Positions 61,951 through 64,000 of a DNA stretch of 64,000 bases are shown one piece after another. The notes under the pieces are model-generated. The model was given only the letters and a program-made list of their open reading frames with translations. It had not been told where the DNA came from and ran no database searches. The stretch covers positions 52,452,001 to 52,516,000 of the forward strand of contig NC_091472.1 of the NCBI RefSeq assembly GCF_036971445.1, in the 5' to 3' direction. The first letter of the stretch is position 1, and each line of letters begins with the position of its first letter. Origin of the DNA: Narcine bancroftii (lineage: Eukaryota). The translations under genes were made by a program, and so were the position numbers.

Positions 61951-64000
61951 GGGAAAGTCATGTGATGCACTAGGGTTAAGATATAGAACCTAACCCTACA
62001 GGGAAAAATGTAAAAAAAATGATTAAGTAATGTTTTAGTCTTTAAAAGTTGTTTATATTTAAACACCTACACTATTAGACATGCCACCATTAAAAAAAAT
62101 CACTGCCACTGCCTAATCTGAAGCCCCTTGCAATGAGAAAACAAGGAAGAGAAAGGGCCTGCCATTGGAAAGAAGCAGGGAGCTAGCACCCACACTGCTC
62201 CCAGGGTGAGTGATCCCCTTGAAGATCCTTCTTTTGTTGTTGCTCTCCAGTAGCGTCAGAAAATGGCGTCAAAGAAGAGGAAACCAGAAGTGGTACATCG
62301 AGCATGCATGAACAATGGAGGCCTTCAGCAATGCTGACAGATGAAGACTCGGGCTCGCAGACATCGGGCAGTGAAGAAGATGAAGATGCAGAAGAAGAAG
62401 AAGAAGAAGTGGAGGTAAAGATGTAAAATAAAATTACTAGATCCGTAACAAATATACTTAAATCTAAGGCTTAAGGACATACCAAATAATGAACCGTGGC
62501 AAATATAAAGGGAAAAATAAGTAACGTGCTTGAGGCTGTTGTGACAGAGTATATAGAGTATATAGATATGTTTTAGGGAGATAAATTGGGAAAGGTTTTT
62601 TAGAGTAGGTTACATACAAACACTTTAAAACAAATCTTATTTGAAATACTGGAGCTCTGCTAATGCTAGACATATTGGTTTCTCACACCTTTTGCAGGAG
62701 CTTTGAACATAGCTGGGACTGGAACAGGACAAGCTGGCAAGTCCAACTGGAAGACTGCCTTGTCAAAGCCCTTGTGGTTAATGCAAGAGGAGAGGAATGG
62801 CTGTCTAATGTTTCACTCTGAATAAGAGAAACAAAAAGGAACTCTGTGGTGACCTGAAAGAAAGAGGTTATCATCTGGAGAACCCTGAAGGGGCACATTT
62901 TGTCAGCAAGACACTGGAGTGGCTGATGGAAGTACATCAGTTGTGGAAGTCCTGGAATAACAAATCTCTCTCTTAAAACCAATAAGAACCTTCCTAGGCA
63001 CTAACCATGTACCTTTCGAGCACAATAGCTTGGTGAACTTTATACATGTTAAATTCTGGGCATAGTATAAGAATTGCCTGCAACCAGTGAACTTGGAAGA
63101 ATGAGAAGTGAGATTGGACTCTGAACCAAATACCTTTTCTGAAGTTACACACACATTACATACACGTGCACTTAGAATTAGAAGGGGGTTAAGTTAGGTT
63201 AAGTAAGTTAGTGATAAGTTAAAGTTCGATTCTATTTTCACATTTAAAGATAATTGAAAGCAACTTTTGTTTAAGTAACCATTGTCTGAGTGAATATCTA
63301 TTGCTGCTGGGTTTTGGTGTTCTCTGGGCTCGTAACATGTTAACAAAATGAAGAATGAATAAATAAGTTAGAAGGTTCAAGAAGATATGCAGCAGGTAGA
63401 AGATTGAGTAACTATTGTAGAAGAGCATAGTGCTGCTTTAACTATGGAGAACAATAAATTACAGCAAAAAGTGGAGAAACAATATTAAGATTGTGGGTCT
63501 TAAAGAAGATGTGGAAATGCAAGATACGATTGATTTTTCTTCTGGAATGGTTCCCTGAAACGATGAGTCCTGAACATTTTGACTGTCCTATAAGATTGAA
63601 AGAACTCATAGAGCTTTCAGACTCAAACAGTCTCCAAATCAAAATTTATGATCTATATTAATTAAATTTCTCTGATATCAAGATAAAGTGAAGATTTTAT
63701 CTCTGGTAGCTGGAAGGGTGAAATTGACAGGAGAACCACTTGAGTACCAAGGTCATAAAATGTTATTTTATCCTGATTTAAGTACAGAGTTATTAAAAAG
63801 GCAAAGAGAATTTAACCTAGTTAAGAAGACTTAATGGCAGGAAGGATACAGGTTAATTCTGTATCATCCTGCATCTTTGAAGATCTTCATACCTGGAGAA
63901 GGAAACAAGTTATTTTCAAGTTATGCAGAAGCAGAGCAGTTTGCTCAAAGTCTTCCAGTTGTCCAGAGGGAGTGAAGAGAGTGAAGATTTATGAATGCTT
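61950..64000 (+). mobile_element. L1-type 5' UTR and ORF1, decayed, running off the window
   Basis: RNNIKIVGLKED, RTHRA and FYPDLSTELLKRQREF (L1 ORF1 RRM/CTD) on plus. Confidence 0.75.
62540..63337 (+). mobile_element. Solo LTR, related to 60028-61118, opposite orientation
   Basis: Ends ...ctattgctgctgggttttgg..cgtaaca, the reverse complement of the start of 60028-61118. TSD is imperfect (ctgt/tgtt). Confidence 0.78.

Noticed and set aside
60028-63337. Inverted solo-LTR pair as the cause of the L1 inversion
   Set aside because: The left LTR keeps a matching TSD (gtat) on both sides, and the L1 orientation switch lies between the LTRs rather than at them.

Overview
Eukaryotic, AT-rich, repeat-dominated vertebrate DNA with no host gene I can recognise. 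The repeat mix (CR1, Rex1-like, Penelope, V-SINE-like, L1/Tx1, fish-type BEL and Gypsy) suggests a cartilaginous fish, which is an inference. It holds two very young, internally deleted proviruses, both on the minus strand. ERV-A (3585-12139) has near-identical 789-bp LTRs, a tRNA-Trp PBS, an intact gag ending in an in-frame UGA-CGG before pro, a 2H-phosphoesterase-like domain between protease and RT, and a leader array of UACG-loop hairpin repeats. It sits inside an old BEL/Pao element. ERV-B (26190-32543) has 688-bp LTRs and a tRNA-Pro-like PBS, and about 2.2 kb of older host-like DNA lies where pol should be. The window also has a Gypsy nested in a Gypsy, three solo LTRs, a possibly 5'-inverted L1, three short local inverted duplications (110, 142 and 193 bp) of different ages, and an assembly gap. 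Boundaries of decayed LINE/SINE fragments are approximate, and family names come from motif recognition, not database searches.
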